Source of the DNA: a virus
IMG/VR virus record: IMGVR_UViG_3300036846_000555
Coordinates: 1 to 64,000 of that record
DNA: 64,000 nt
Reading direction: 5' to 3' (one strand)
The position numbers were made by a program, and so were the translations under genes. A model generated the notes under the pieces. That model was not told where the DNA came from and did not search any database. It saw only the letters and a program-made list of their open reading frames with translations. Shown here piece by piece: positions 41,497 through 52,100 of the stretch; the stretch's first letter is position 1; each line of letters opens with the position of its first letter.

Positions 41497-44400
41497 ATGG
41501 CGGTAAGCCTGGAAGCCGTCTTCAACCTGATCGACCGGGCCAGCGGGCCGCTGCGCACGATCCAGCGCAACGCGATGCTGACCGACAAGGCGCTGGGCTC
41601 GATGGGCAAGAACCGGCAGCTCTCGATGCTCAGCGACAGCTTCGGCAAGGTCGGGTGGTCCTCCAAGCAGATGCGCGGGGAGGTCGAGAAGACGAGGTGG
41701 ACGGTGCAGTGGCTGGGGAAGGAGCTGGACCGCGACGCGCTCAAGTTCAAGAACATCAAGAACCACATCGAGAACTTCACCCGGTCGCTGGTGCAGTCGC
41801 ACCCGGCTATTCAGGGCGCCGCCCAGGGGCTGGGTGGTCTGGGTGGTGCGGTGAAGGGGTTCGCGACGGCGCTCCCGATGATGGGGACGCTGATCATCAC
41901 GGCGATCCCGATCATCCTCCAGCTCGCCGGGGCGATCGGCGCCGTCAGCACGTCCCTGATCGGGGCGGCTGGCGGCGGCGCGCTGCTCGGCGGCGGCCTG
42001 CTCGGCGCGTTCGGGGTCGGGCTCGGCTCGGTGGCGGTGCTCGCCAAGCCCGCGATCACGCAGCTCACCAACTACCAGAAGGCCGTCACCAACCTGAACA
42101 AGGCGATCGCGTCGGGGAAGCCGGGGCAGATCAAGGCGGCTCAGCTCAACGTTGACCGGCTCGCGAAGGCCAACCCGGGCGTGGCCGGGCTCGCACAGAA
42201 CATCGCCAAGTTCAAGAAGGAGTGGGACAAGGCGACGGCGCCGGGCAAGGCGAGCTTCCTCAAGCTCGCGAACGAGGGGATCGCGCTCCTGGTCAAGAAC
42301 ACGCAGTGGCTCGCCAAAGAGGTCGACAAGAACATGGCCGCGGTCGAGCGGGCGATCCGGACGCACATGGGGCCGTTGGTCAAAGCGCTCAAGCCCCTGA
42401 TCGGCGGGCTCGGCGGCGTCTTCCGCGCGAATATCGGCGGCGCCGTCGGCGGCGTCGTGGATCTCCTGAAGGGTCTCGGCAACATCCTCAAGGTCATCGC
42501 GCCGACCCTGGACAAGGCGGGCGGCGCGTTCCAGAGGATGGCCAAGGCGTTTGAGTCGTGGACGGGGTCGGCACACGGGCGGCAGACGGTCAAGAACATG
42601 ACCGATGCGTTCAAGGAGTGGGCGCGGCTGCTCGGCGGGATCGCGCGGATCATCGGCGACGTCATCGGCGCCGGGATGCAGACCGGCACCGGCGTGGTCA
42701 AGAAGTGGGCGGACTCCGTCACCGCCGTCGCCAACATGCTCGCGAAGCCGGGCGGCACGAAGGGGATCGAGAGCTGGTTCAAACGGACGATGGATCAGGC
42801 CGGGAAGCTCATGCCCGTCCTGAAAACCATCGCGTCGTCGATGCTCCAGCTCTACCAGATCTGGAAGCCGCTCGGGGCCGTTACGCAGGCCGTCTTGAAG
42901 GCTGTCCCGTCCTGGATGCTGACGGTGGGTGCGCTGGGCTTCATCGGCGGGAAGGCCGTCGCTGGAGCGGCCGGTCCCGTCAAGGCGATCGGCAAGGCGT
43001 TCGGCAAGTTCAAGGACAAGGGCGACCGGCCGACGGACCCGCTGTTCGTCGCGGTCGTCGGGGAAACCGGCAAGACCACCAGCGGTCTGTTCGGCGGCGG
43101 CAAGTTCAGCGAACGCCTATCGAAGTGGGAGGAGAAGGGCGGATGGCGAGGCAAGCTCGCCGGGGGTCTCCGGAAGGTCGGGATCGGCCGGGCCGCGGAA
43201 GAGGCCGAGCAGTTGGCGATCCCCGGACTGGAAGCAGCAGCGGGCGTCACCGCTGCAGGCGCCGCAGGCAAGGGCGGTCTGCTGAGCAAGGTTGGCGGCT
43301 TCTTCAGCAAGATCGGCGGCAAGCTCGGGCTCAGCGGACTGTTCAAGGGTGGCGGCGGCATCGAGGGCGAGATCGGCAGGCTCGCCAAGGTCGGTGGGCA
43401 CTTCGGGCGCTTCGGCGGTGTTGCTGCGCTGGGCGTCCCGCTGCTGGAGAGCATGATCCCGTCGAAGGTCATGGGGTCCACCGTCGGCAAGATCGCCGGG
43501 TCGACGTTGTCGGGCGCAGGCTTCGGCGCGATTCTCGGCCCGGAGGGCGCGGCGGTCGGCGCAGGTCTCGGCGCCGCGTACGGCGGAGCGAAGGCGCTCG
43601 GCCTGGACCCGGGGAAGCTCGGCGGTCTCGCCAAGAAGGGGTTCACGGCGGTCAAGGGCGCGGCTGGGGACGCGTGGAAGTGGATCAAGGGGCACTGGGA
43701 CTGGCTCGGCATCCTCGCCGGTCCGCTGGGGCTCGCGACCACGATGATCATCAAGCACTTCGGGGCGATCAAGAAGGCGATCGGCGCGGCGTGGAACTGG
43801 ATCAAGCGCGCCGCCACCAATGCCGCCAAGTGGATAGTGGACGCGTTCAGCAACGCGTGGAAGTGGATCAAGAACGCCGCCACCAATGTCGCCAAGTGGG
43901 TGTCGGGCGCGTTCACCAACGCGTGGAACTGGATCAAGACCGGTGTCAGCAATGCGGCGAAGTGGATAGTCGGCGCGTTCAACAACGCGTGGAACTGGAT
44001 CAAGGCTCTGCCGGGCAAGATCGCGGGCGTATTCGCCAAACTGCCCGGCCTGCTCCTGGGCGCGCTGAAGGGGATCGGGCACGCGATCACCAAGCCGTTC
44101 ACGGACGCGTTCGACTTCGTCAAGAAGCACATCCCGCACTTCCACAGCCACAAGATCCTCGGGGTCTCCGTGCCGCTCCCGTTCGCGGAGGGCGGCACGG
44201 TGCCGCGGACCACGGACGTGCTCGTCGGGGAGGCCGGACCGGAGGTTCTGCATCTGCCCGCCGGGACTCGCGTGACGCCAAACCATGCGCTGCCGACGAT
44301 GTACGCGCAGACCGGCACGCCCACGCCGATGCCCGGCAGTGCAGCGTCAGCAACGGGCGCGCGAGGAGCCCAGAACTTCACGCAGACGCTCCGGGCGACG

Positions 44401-46440
44401 CAGGTTGCGATGACCAAGCTTGTGCAGCAGTCGCAGCAGATCTTGGCGGCGCTGAACAACATGGGCAAGGCGCTCCAGAACACCGAGAACGAGCTGACCA
44501 ACCCGCGCTCGGGGATGGTGGGCGCACTCAACGCTGTTGAAACCGAGTTCTCGCAGTTCTCCAAGGCCAGCCACAACGCCGCCCAGGCGATCCAGAACGA
44601 CATGACCTGGCTCGGCAACCAGATGAACGCGATCCTGCCGCCGCAGAGCAAGGCGGCGTTCGACGCGATGGTGACCAACTTCACCGCCACCAGGGCGAGC
44701 CTGCAGAAGGTCTGGACGCAGGTGATCACCGACGTCAACTGGGGCGTCGGCCAGATCTTCAAGTCGATGGCGGGCGCGTTCAAGACGATGGGCGTAAACC
44801 CGCCTGCAGGCGTCGCTGCGGCCACGAAAGGCAAGGCGAGGGGTGGGCGCCTACCCGGGGAGCCGCGTGGCGACCACATCCCCCTGTACGGCTCTGGCGG
44901 CACGCTGCTGGGCATGGCTGACGGCGGGGAGCTGGTCGTCAACCGTCACACCGAGCAGCGCGTCAACCGGATGCTGCCGCGCGGGACGTCGCTCGGCGGG
45001 GAGGTCGCGGGCGAGACGACGCCGCACTTCAAGTCGGGCAGCTTCGCGCACGGCGGCCGGATCCCCGGCTACCAGACCGGCGGGGTGGTCGGCCAGATCA
45101 ACTCGCTGGCGTCCGCGTCCGGGTTCAACAAGACCGCCATCGCCGGGCTGCTCGGCAACGCGATGCAGGAGTCGAGCCTGAACCCGAACACGCCCGGCGG
45201 CGGCCTGTGGCAGCAGATCTCCAACTTCGGCTCGGGCACCGGCGGGTCGGTGCAGGCACAGTGGGCGCGGATGCTGCCGCAGATCATGGGCATCCGCGGG
45301 TCGATGAACAACGCGGGCAGCCCCGGCGCCGCCGCCACGATCTTCGAACAGTCGTTTGAGCGGGCGGGCATCCCGGCGCTCGCGAACCGCATCCGGTACG
45401 CGAACGCGGCGTTCTCGGGCTCGCTCGGCCCGCTCACCGGCGGCGCGGGCGCTGGCGGCGGTGTCGCGCCGACGATCAGGGCACCGGGAGTCAAGGGCCC
45501 GGCGGGCGCGATCACCGCGATGGGCCAGGCCGCGATCGCTCAGATCGTCAACGCCGCCAACAAGGCGGTGCAGGCGGCGCAGCCTGCGATCATCGGCGGC
45601 GGCGGCGGCGCGGGCCCCACGTTCGTGCCGACCGGCGGTCCCGTCCCCCCGAAGGTTCAGGCGGCGTTGCAGTTCGCGAACGAGCTGGCGACCCGCCATC
45701 CGCCGTACGGCCACCAGGGCGCCGGATGGGGACTCGGCGCCTACGACTGCTCCTCGTACGTGAGCACGGTCATGGACGCGGCGGGCATCTGGCCGAAGTG
45801 GGCGTACTACACGGCGGCGCAGCCGATCAACCAGCACACCGACCCCGGACCGGGCCAGTGGATCACGCTCGGCACGTGGGGCAGCTCGGGGCAGCAGGCG
45901 CACACGATGATGGAGATCGACGGCCACTACTTCGAATCGGGCGGCGGCGACGGCGGACCGCACCGCGACTCGGGCTGGTCGCAGAAGTTCGACCAGTACC
46001 GCCATCCACACGGCTTCGCGCTCGGCGGCGTCGTGGACAACGCGAGCGCGGCGAAGTCGAAGAAGAACCTGTTCCTCCGCGTGAACCCGGGCGTTGGCAA
46101 GGCCGGTTACCAGCCGACGCAGGAAGAGGCCGCGGGCATCCAGGCCAACCAGCAGGCGATCCGCACGCAGTTCGCGAAAGGTCACGCGATGGGCGGCTAC
46201 CTGCCGGTGCCGTGGTTCGCGGAGGGCGGCGACTTCATCGCCAAGCGCCCGCAGATCATCGGCGTCGGCGACCGGCCCGGCGGCGAGCGGGTCACGGTGC
46301 AGCCCGCGGGCCAGGGGCGTATCGGCAGTCCTGTCCACATCGAGATCCACAAGGTCGAGGTTCATCGCAAGGGCGACATCCAGAAGATCGTCGACGAGGA
46401 GCTGGCGGCGCTCGCCAGCTCGCTGGAGGCGCAGCTCTGA
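41497..46440 (+). CDS. Tape measure protein with C-terminal tail-lysozyme-like and NlpC/P60-like domains
   Basis: 1647 aa, Ala/Gly-rich with 11-aa W-repeats (NAWNWIK). Domains: AIAGLLGNAMQESSLNP...GLWQ, and YDCSSYVS...HT. Confidence 0.95.
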   Translation: MAVSLEAVFNLIDRASGPLRTIQRNAMLTDKALGSMGKNRQLSMLSDSFGKVGWSSKQMRGEVEKTRWTVQWLGKELDRDALKFKNIKNHIENFTRSLVQSHPAIQGAAQGLGGLGGAVKGFATALPMMGTLIITAIPIILQLAGAIGAVSTSLIGAAGGGALLGGGLLGAFGVGLGSVAVLAKPAITQLTNYQKAVTNLNKAIASGKPGQIKAAQLNVDRLAKANPGVAGLAQNIAKFKKEWDKATAPGKASFLKLANEGIALLVKNTQWLAKEVDKNMAAVERAIRTHMGPLVKALKPLIGGLGGVFRANIGGAVGGVVDLLKGLGNILKVIAPTLDKAGGAFQRMAKAFESWTGSAHGRQTVKNMTDAFKEWARLLGGIARIIGDVIGAGMQTGTGVVKKWADSVTAVANMLAKPGGTKGIESWFKRTMDQAGKLMPVLKTIASSMLQLYQIWKPLGAVTQAVLKAVPSWMLTVGALGFIGGKAVAGAAGPVKAIGKAFGKFKDKGDRPTDPLFVAVVGETGKTTSGLFGGGKFSERLSKWEEKGGWRGKLAGGLRKVGIGRAAEEAEQLAIPGLEAAAGVTAAGAAGKGGLLSKVGGFFSKIGGKLGLSGLFKGGGGIEGEIGRLAKVGGHFGRFGGVAALGVPLLESMIPSKVMGSTVGKIAGSTLSGAGFGAILGPEGAAVGAGLGAAYGGAKALGLDPGKLGGLAKKGFTAVKGAAGDAWKWIKGHWDWLGILAGPLGLATTMIIKHFGAIKKAIGAAWNWIKRAATNAAKWIVDAFSNAWKWIKNAATNVAKWVSGAFTNAWNWIKTGVSNAAKWIVGAFNNAWNWIKALPGKIAGVFAKLPGLLLGALKGIGHAITKPFTDAFDFVKKHIPHFHSHKILGVSVPLPFAEGGTVPRTTDVLVGEAGPEVLHLPAGTRVTPNHALPTMYAQTGTPTPMPGSAASATGARGAQNFTQTLRATQVAMTKLVQQSQQILAALNNMGKALQNTENELTNPRSGMVGALNAVETEFSQFSKASHNAAQAIQNDMTWLGNQMNAILPPQSKAAFDAMVTNFTATRASLQKVWTQVITDVNWGVGQIFKSMAGAFKTMGVNPPAGVAAATKGKARGGRLPGEPRGDHIPLYGSGGTLLGMADGGELVVNRHTEQRVNRMLPRGTSLGGEVAGETTPHFKSGSFAHGGRIPGYQTGGVVGQINSLASASGFNKTAIAGLLGNAMQESSLNPNTPGGGLWQQISNFGSGTGGSVQAQWARMLPQIMGIRGSMNNAGSPGAAATIFEQSFERAGIPALANRIRYANAAFSGSLGPLTGGAGAGGGVAPTIRAPGVKGPAGAITAMGQAAIAQIVNAANKAVQAAQPAIIGGGGGAGPTFVPTGGPVPPKVQAALQFANELATRHPPYGHQGAGWGLGAYDCSSYVSTVMDAAGIWPKWAYYTAAQPINQHTDPGPGQWITLGTWGSSGQQAHTMMEIDGHYFESGGGDGGPHRDSGWSQKFDQYRHPHGFALGGVVDNASAAKSKKNLFLRVNPGVGKAGYQPTQEEAAGIQANQQAIRTQFAKGHAMGGYLPVPWFAEGGDFIAKRPQIIGVGDRPGGERVTVQPAGQGRIGSPVHIEIHKVEVHRKGDIQKIVDEELAALASSLEAQL

Positions 46441-47258
46441 TGGCCGACGGGCTGAACATCACGCTCTCCGCCATCGGCGACGGGCTGACCGTCGACAAGA
46501 ACGGGCGGCCGCTGCTGCCGGTCCCGTTCGTGTTCCAGTGCTCGCCGCTGGAGGAGTTCTCGATCGTCCACGCGTTCAACATGGGCACCTACGACACCAT
46601 CGACGACGACCAGTTCGTCCGCCGCGGCTCGCGTCAGCTCGACACCTGGACGTTCGACACGATGGCGATGTACCTCGGCGACGACGGCTACGGCCACTAC
46701 CGGCCCGACTGGGTGCCGTACCCGACCCGCGAGAAGTCCGGCCGCCAGTACCAGCGCCCCGAGTGGTACAAGGACCAGCTCGTCAGCCTGTTCACGGCCG
46801 GGTCGCCGTTCCGGTTCGTCGCCGCGTTCAAGCACTCGACCACGATCCGCCGCGCGTTCGCGGTGCTGACCGCCTTCAACGAGGTGTACAAGCATGGCGA
46901 GGGCGACGCGATCTACTTCCAGGGCGTCGCGTTCCAGGAGTGGCGCGACCCGCGCGGCAAGACGGTGCCGTCGCGCGGCACGCACAAGCTCCCGGCGCAC
47001 GTGCGCTTCCGTTCCGTCGGCGGCCATTACATCGCCTACGACACCGCCAGCAATCGGAACCTCCCGCACGCGAAGGCGGCCTCGACCCTGTCCGATCTCG
47101 CGCGCTACTACTACGGCGACGCGTCGAAGTGGCGCCAGATCGCGAAGGCGAACCACCTGCGCGGCGGCGGCTCGACGTCGTACATCTTCAGCCGCTGGTA
47201 CCCGCACCGGTTGTCCAAGGGCAAGCCGAACGTGACGATGGTGATCCCGAAGAAATGA
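46440..47258 (+). CDS. Tail tube initiator with LysM domain (XkdP-like)
   Basis: TLSDLARYYYGDASKWRQIAKAN. Confidence 0.85.
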   Translation: MADGLNITLSAIGDGLTVDKNGRPLLPVPFVFQCSPLEEFSIVHAFNMGTYDTIDDDQFVRRGSRQLDTWTFDTMAMYLGDDGYGHYRPDWVPYPTREKSGRQYQRPEWYKDQLVSLFTAGSPFRFVAAFKHSTTIRRAFAVLTAFNEVYKHGEGDAIYFQGVAFQEWRDPRGKTVPSRGTHKLPAHVRFRSVGGHYIAYDTASNRNLPHAKAASTLSDLARYYYGDASKWRQIAKANHLRGGGSTSYIFSRWYPHRLSKGKPNVTMVIPKK

Positions 47259-48838
47259 CCACGCCCGTCATCAGCGCGGCGCAGCGCCACATGGAGATCC
47301 ACTTCGAAAAGGTCGCCGTCAGCGGGCTGGAGCAGACCATCTCCACGCCGGACATCTGGAAGACCCGGATCCGTCTGCTCGCGCGCGGCCAGGGCCAGAC
47401 GATCGACATCTCCAGCCTGGTCGACAACCTCACGTGGCAGGACGAGTCCTCCGACGATCTCGCGAACATCAACACGCAGGCGGCGCTGACCGGCTCGATC
47501 ACGCTGCACAAGCCGCCGCTGCGCCAGTACAAGACGCTGGCGCCGCTGCTCTACCCCGGCGAGTCGCTGAGCGCCCGCGTCGTCAAGTCCGGCTCGCAGG
47601 AGCGCTCCGGCTTTGGCGCGATGGGCGTCGTGATCATCTGCCAGGTCGGCTACGGCAACCAGTACTCCAACGTGTGGGCGATGCGCGTCGGGCCGGGCTA
47701 CGACTCGGGCGTGGCCGACACGGTGACGCTGTCGGACGGAAGCTGGAACCTGAATCTCACCGACGACCTGTGGACGCTCGCGCAGACCGTCGCCGACTTC
47801 AAGTACACGGCGGGCAAGACGTCACGCAAGCAGGGCTGGCGGTGCGACCAGATCGCCCACGACGTGTGCCAACGCTACCGGGTGCCGGTCCGCACGCTGT
47901 CGCAGGGCACCGCGTACTTCTCGATGGCGATCTCCTCGACGGCGCTGACCTCGCCGGTGCATGTCATCACCGCCGCCTACCACGAGGAGACCAAGCGGAC
48001 CGGGCGCACGTTCATCATCCGCTGGGGCGCGCCGGACGCCAAGCACCCGTTCGGCGCGCTGGAGGTGGTCCCGATGCGCCGCAACCGCGCGCTGTACAAG
48101 TTCCGCGAGCAGCTTCTCGACGCCACGCTCACCCGCAGCCAGGATCCCGGCTTCGCGACCGTCATCGAGGCCCGCGGCCAGATGAAGGGCAAGGGCGGCA
48201 AGACGCGCAAGATCACCCAGACCACGCTGAACGCCTCCGCGATCAAGCGGTTCGGGTTCATCCGCAAGACGGTCAGCTTCGGGTCGGTGTCGTCCGAGCT
48301 GGAGCTGCAGATCCTCGCCAAGCGCGCGCTCGCGCAGCGCCTGACGCCGTTACGCACCGCCGAGATCAACCATCCGGGGATCGCCACCATCCGCCGCGGC
48401 GACGCGATCCGCATCGACCTGCCCGAGGAGGGCTACGGCAACGTGGCGCTCACGTCGCTCGCGGCGCCCGGGACGAAGGGCCAGAGCAAGGCGTACATCG
48501 CGGCGCTGCAGGCCGCCGAGAAGTCCGACCCGACGATGTTCAGCCAGGCGAACCCGGCGGTGGCGGCGCAGGCCGCCGCGGGCGCGGGCTCCTCGACCAC
48601 CCCGAAGGCGGACGCGAACACGCCCGCGATGCTGCCGACCTCCAACCAGGGCATCGCGTTCGTGGTCACGGCCGCGCACGCGGTCGCGGCCGGGAGCTAC
48701 ACGATGGATCTGACGACCGGCTTCATCGACGTGCTCGACCCCAACGAGGTCCGCGCCCAGGTGGACAAGGCGATCCGCGACTGGAAGGCGGCGTCCAAGC
48801 CGTCGACGCCCGCGAAGACCGCGAAGGCGAAGCACTGA
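47255..48838 (+). CDS. Baseplate hub protein (XkdQ-like)
   Basis: ATGA start at 47255. ISSLVDNLTW...AYHEETKRTGR.F.IR...KRFG.IRK...GIATIRRGDAIRI...YTMDL. Confidence 0.8.
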   Translation: MTTPVISAAQRHMEIHFEKVAVSGLEQTISTPDIWKTRIRLLARGQGQTIDISSLVDNLTWQDESSDDLANINTQAALTGSITLHKPPLRQYKTLAPLLYPGESLSARVVKSGSQERSGFGAMGVVIICQVGYGNQYSNVWAMRVGPGYDSGVADTVTLSDGSWNLNLTDDLWTLAQTVADFKYTAGKTSRKQGWRCDQIAHDVCQRYRVPVRTLSQGTAYFSMAISSTALTSPVHVITAAYHEETKRTGRTFIIRWGAPDAKHPFGALEVVPMRRNRALYKFREQLLDATLTRSQDPGFATVIEARGQMKGKGGKTRKITQTTLNASAIKRFGFIRKTVSFGSVSSELELQILAKRALAQRLTPLRTAEINHPGIATIRRGDAIRIDLPEEGYGNVALTSLAAPGTKGQSKAYIAALQAAEKSDPTMFSQANPAVAAQAAAGAGSSTTPKADANTPAMLPTSNQGIAFVVTAAHAVAAGSYTMDLTTGFIDVLDPNEVRAQVDKAIRDWKAASKPSTPAKTAKAKH

Positions 48839-49185
48839 TGCTCGGGCCCGAACCGCTCGTGCTCGCGGGCCGCCAGGCGTTCCTGGATGCGCAGGCCGAG
48901 TTCGCCGGGATCGTCGCGCCGCTCGGCTTCTTCACCGTGAGCTGGTACGGGTCGCAGATGTCCGACGAGCGCGGCAGCTTCGGGATCGTCGACCCGGCGA
49001 TGGGGCTCGCGAACTCCGTCGGCGACGTCGTCGAGGTCGGCTACGGCGGGGACACGGTACGCGTGTACGTGATCGGCTCCCAGGCCGGGCTCGGCACCGA
49101 CCTCGGCATCACCCGACGCTCCTACCTGGCGCTCGGCCTGCTCGCGGTCGAGCCGATCACGGCGACTGTGGGGACGGTGACATGA
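48838..49185 (+). CDS. Small RlpA/DPBB-like protein in the baseplate cluster
   Basis: TGATG coupling. VSWYG...VGDVVEV...G..VRVYV...TDLGITRRSYLALG resembles a DPBB layout. Confidence 0.55.
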   Translation: MLGPEPLVLAGRQAFLDAQAEFAGIVAPLGFFTVSWYGSQMSDERGSFGIVDPAMGLANSVGDVVEVGYGGDTVRVYVIGSQAGLGTDLGITRRSYLALGLLAVEPITATVGTVT

Positions 49186-52100
49186 CCGGCAAGCTCGCGC
49201 TGCGCGACGCGTTGAACAAGCACGGCCAGCGGATGGTCGAGAAGCACAAGGGGTCGCACTGGGCGTCGGTCATCGACACGACCCCGCTGACGCTCGACAT
49301 CCACGACTACGACCACAACGTGTTTGAGGGCGACGACTTCTCGCTGTCGCAGTCGCTGACCAGCTACCGCCAGTCGGTCGGCCTGCACGTCGATGATCTC
49401 GTGCTGCTGCAGGACGTCGGCGACGCGTGGGTGGCGGTCGACGTCGTCTCGGACAAGCCCGTCCCCGCGCTCGGCGGCGGCAAGGTCGGCCCGACGGGTC
49501 CCATCGGCCCGCAGGGCCCGATTGGCAACACGGGCCCTATCGGCGCGCAGGGCCCCATCGGCAACACGGGCGCGCAGGGACCGATCGGTAACACCGGGCC
49601 GCAGGGGGCGCAGGGGCCGCAGGGCGTCCAGGGCGTGCAGGGCGCGGTCGGTCCGGCCGGGCAGTCGTTCACGTACCGCGGGGCGTGGGCCAGCGGCACC
49701 GCCTACGTGCTCGACGACGTCGTCACCGGCTCGGACGGGTCGAGCTACATCGCGATGCAGGCCAACACCGGGCATGACCCGACAACCGACTCGGCGCACA
49801 CGTATTGGTCGCCGATGGCGATCCACGGCGCGACCGGCCCGCAGGGCGCGCAGGGCGCGCAGGGGGTCGCCGGGCCGACCGGCCCGAAGGGCGACCAGGG
49901 ACTCATAGGAACGACGGGGAACACCGGCCCGACGGGTCCCGCGGGCGGGCTCCTGTACACCCAGACGATCGGCGACGGTTCCAGCACGCAGTTCGTCGTC
50001 ACTCACGGGCTCGGCACGGTCTCCGTCCAGGTGACCGTGTATCAGACCGCGGCGCCGCACGCCGAGGTCACCGCCGAGATCGCGCACACCGACGCGAACA
50101 CGATCACCGTGACGACGACCGCCGTGCCCGCGTCGGGCGAGTTCACGGTGGCGGTCAACAGCCCGGGCGGCCCCGGGCCGCAGGGGCCGGTCGGTCCGCG
50201 CGGCTCGCAGTTCAACACGTACACCGGCTCGGGGACGCCGCCGACGGGCACCTTCCCCGGCGAGAGGGACGGCGATCAGGCGGTGCGGGCCAGCGACGGC
50301 GAGATGTTCCAGCGCGTCAACGGCGTCTGGGTGGATCAGGGATGGAGGAGCGTCGGCGCCACCTACGACAGCGATCAGATCGGCACCGTCAAGACCTACA
50401 GCGGCGCGACGATCCCGACCAACTGGATGCTGGCGGACGGCCGTGCGCTACAACGCGCCTCCTACCCCGACCTGTTCACGGCGCTGGGCGGCACGTCGAG
50501 CCCGTGGGGATTGCCGGACTCCGCGACGTTCAACATCCCCGATCTGCGCAGCCGCATGCTGGTCGCGGCCGGTCAGGGCGCTGGTCTGACCGCTCGGGCG
50601 ATGGCTGCCGCCAGCGGCTCGGAGAGCGTCACGCTCGACGCGACGATGATCCCTGGGCACAGCCACCAGTTCAACGTCAACTCGGGCTACATCTCCAGCG
50701 ACCATTCGCACTCTCTGAACATCAACAGCGGTGGCGCGAGCGCTCGGCACAACCACTACACGGTCGGTAATCAACAGGCAGTGCCATCGGCGGGAAGCTG
50801 GCCGCTGGCGGGCGGCGGCGCGAGCATCAGCGCCGGGGCCTACCCGTATATGTACCCCGGAGCGAACTTCACCCCCAACCAGGTTGGGACCAGCAACGAC
50901 CTGCAGGACCACGGGCACAACGTCAGCGGCGGCACGAGCGGGGTCAGCGCCAACCACTACCACAACGTCGCCGGAGGAACCGACAACGGCAGCGGCGGCG
51001 GGCTGTCGCACTCCAACATGCCGCCCTGGTGTGCGATCGCGATGATCGTCAAGGTGACCGGCGCGCAGATCAATCCTGGCGGCGCGCTGCAGGGCGCCAC
51101 GGGTCAGCGCGGCGCGATCTGGTACATCTGGAACGGGGCGGGCATCCCGCCCGCGGGCACGTTCGTCGGCGAGCTGGACGGCGATTGGGCGATCCGTCAG
51201 TCCGATGGCGAGAACTTTGAGCGCGTCGGCGGGGTGTGGGTTGATCAGAACTTCACGAACCGCACGAACGCGACGCCGGTTGCCGCGAGGGGGTATGGCG
51301 TCGGGACGCTCACCTTGACCTCTGGGGCGTTCACGAAGATCCCTCTGGACACGATCGACCATGACACGGGCGGGAATATGTCAACCGCGACCGGGCGGTT
51401 TACCTGCCCGTCGCCCGGCTGGTATCAGGCGAGCGGCTCGGTGGAGACCCCTGTCGCAGCGGGCGCGCGCGCTATTGCCGCCATCTTCAAGAACGGAACC
51501 GAGGTCTCGCGAGGCTCGGGCGGGACGGCCGACACCAACGTCACGGTCAGTGCCGCCCTGTACTGCGCTGCTGGCGACTACCTGGAGCTGTGGGCTTACA
51601 ACTCGGGAGCCGTAACTGGCAACATTCCGGGCGGCGGCCAGTTCCGCTATCTCTCCGTGGCGCTGATCACCGCGGGCTCGGGACCGCAGGGCGCCCGCGG
51701 CGCAATCTGGTTCACCTACAACGGGACCGGGACGCCCGCCACGGGTACGTTCAGCAACGAGGCCGACAACGACATGGCGATGCGCTCGTCAGACGGCGAG
51801 GTGTTCAAGCGCGTCTCGGGAGCATGGGTCGATCAGGGGTGGAAGGCGACGGCAGGGATCACGCAGACGCCAACGGCGGTGCGCATGCGCCGCGCTGCGG
51901 CGTTCTCACTCACCGCGAACACATGGATGAGACTCCCGCTCGATACTGCCGATTTCGATACCGCCGGGATGGCGAGCGTCGCCAACGGACGCGTCAACAT
52001 TCTGACCGACGGGGTGTACCAAGTCGATGCGAACGTCCTGCTCAACGCGAGCGCCACCGGTACCTACACCACCGTCGCGTGCGGAATCTATAAGAACGGC

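Noticed and set aside
46094-47254. N-terminal extension of the baseplate hub ORF (914 aa in the track)
   Set aside because: The extension is Arg-rich off-frame sequence overlapping the tape measure and LysM genes; the real start is the coupled ATG at 47255. The same applies to track starts 1343, 13326, 23402, 33691, 47434 and 53345.
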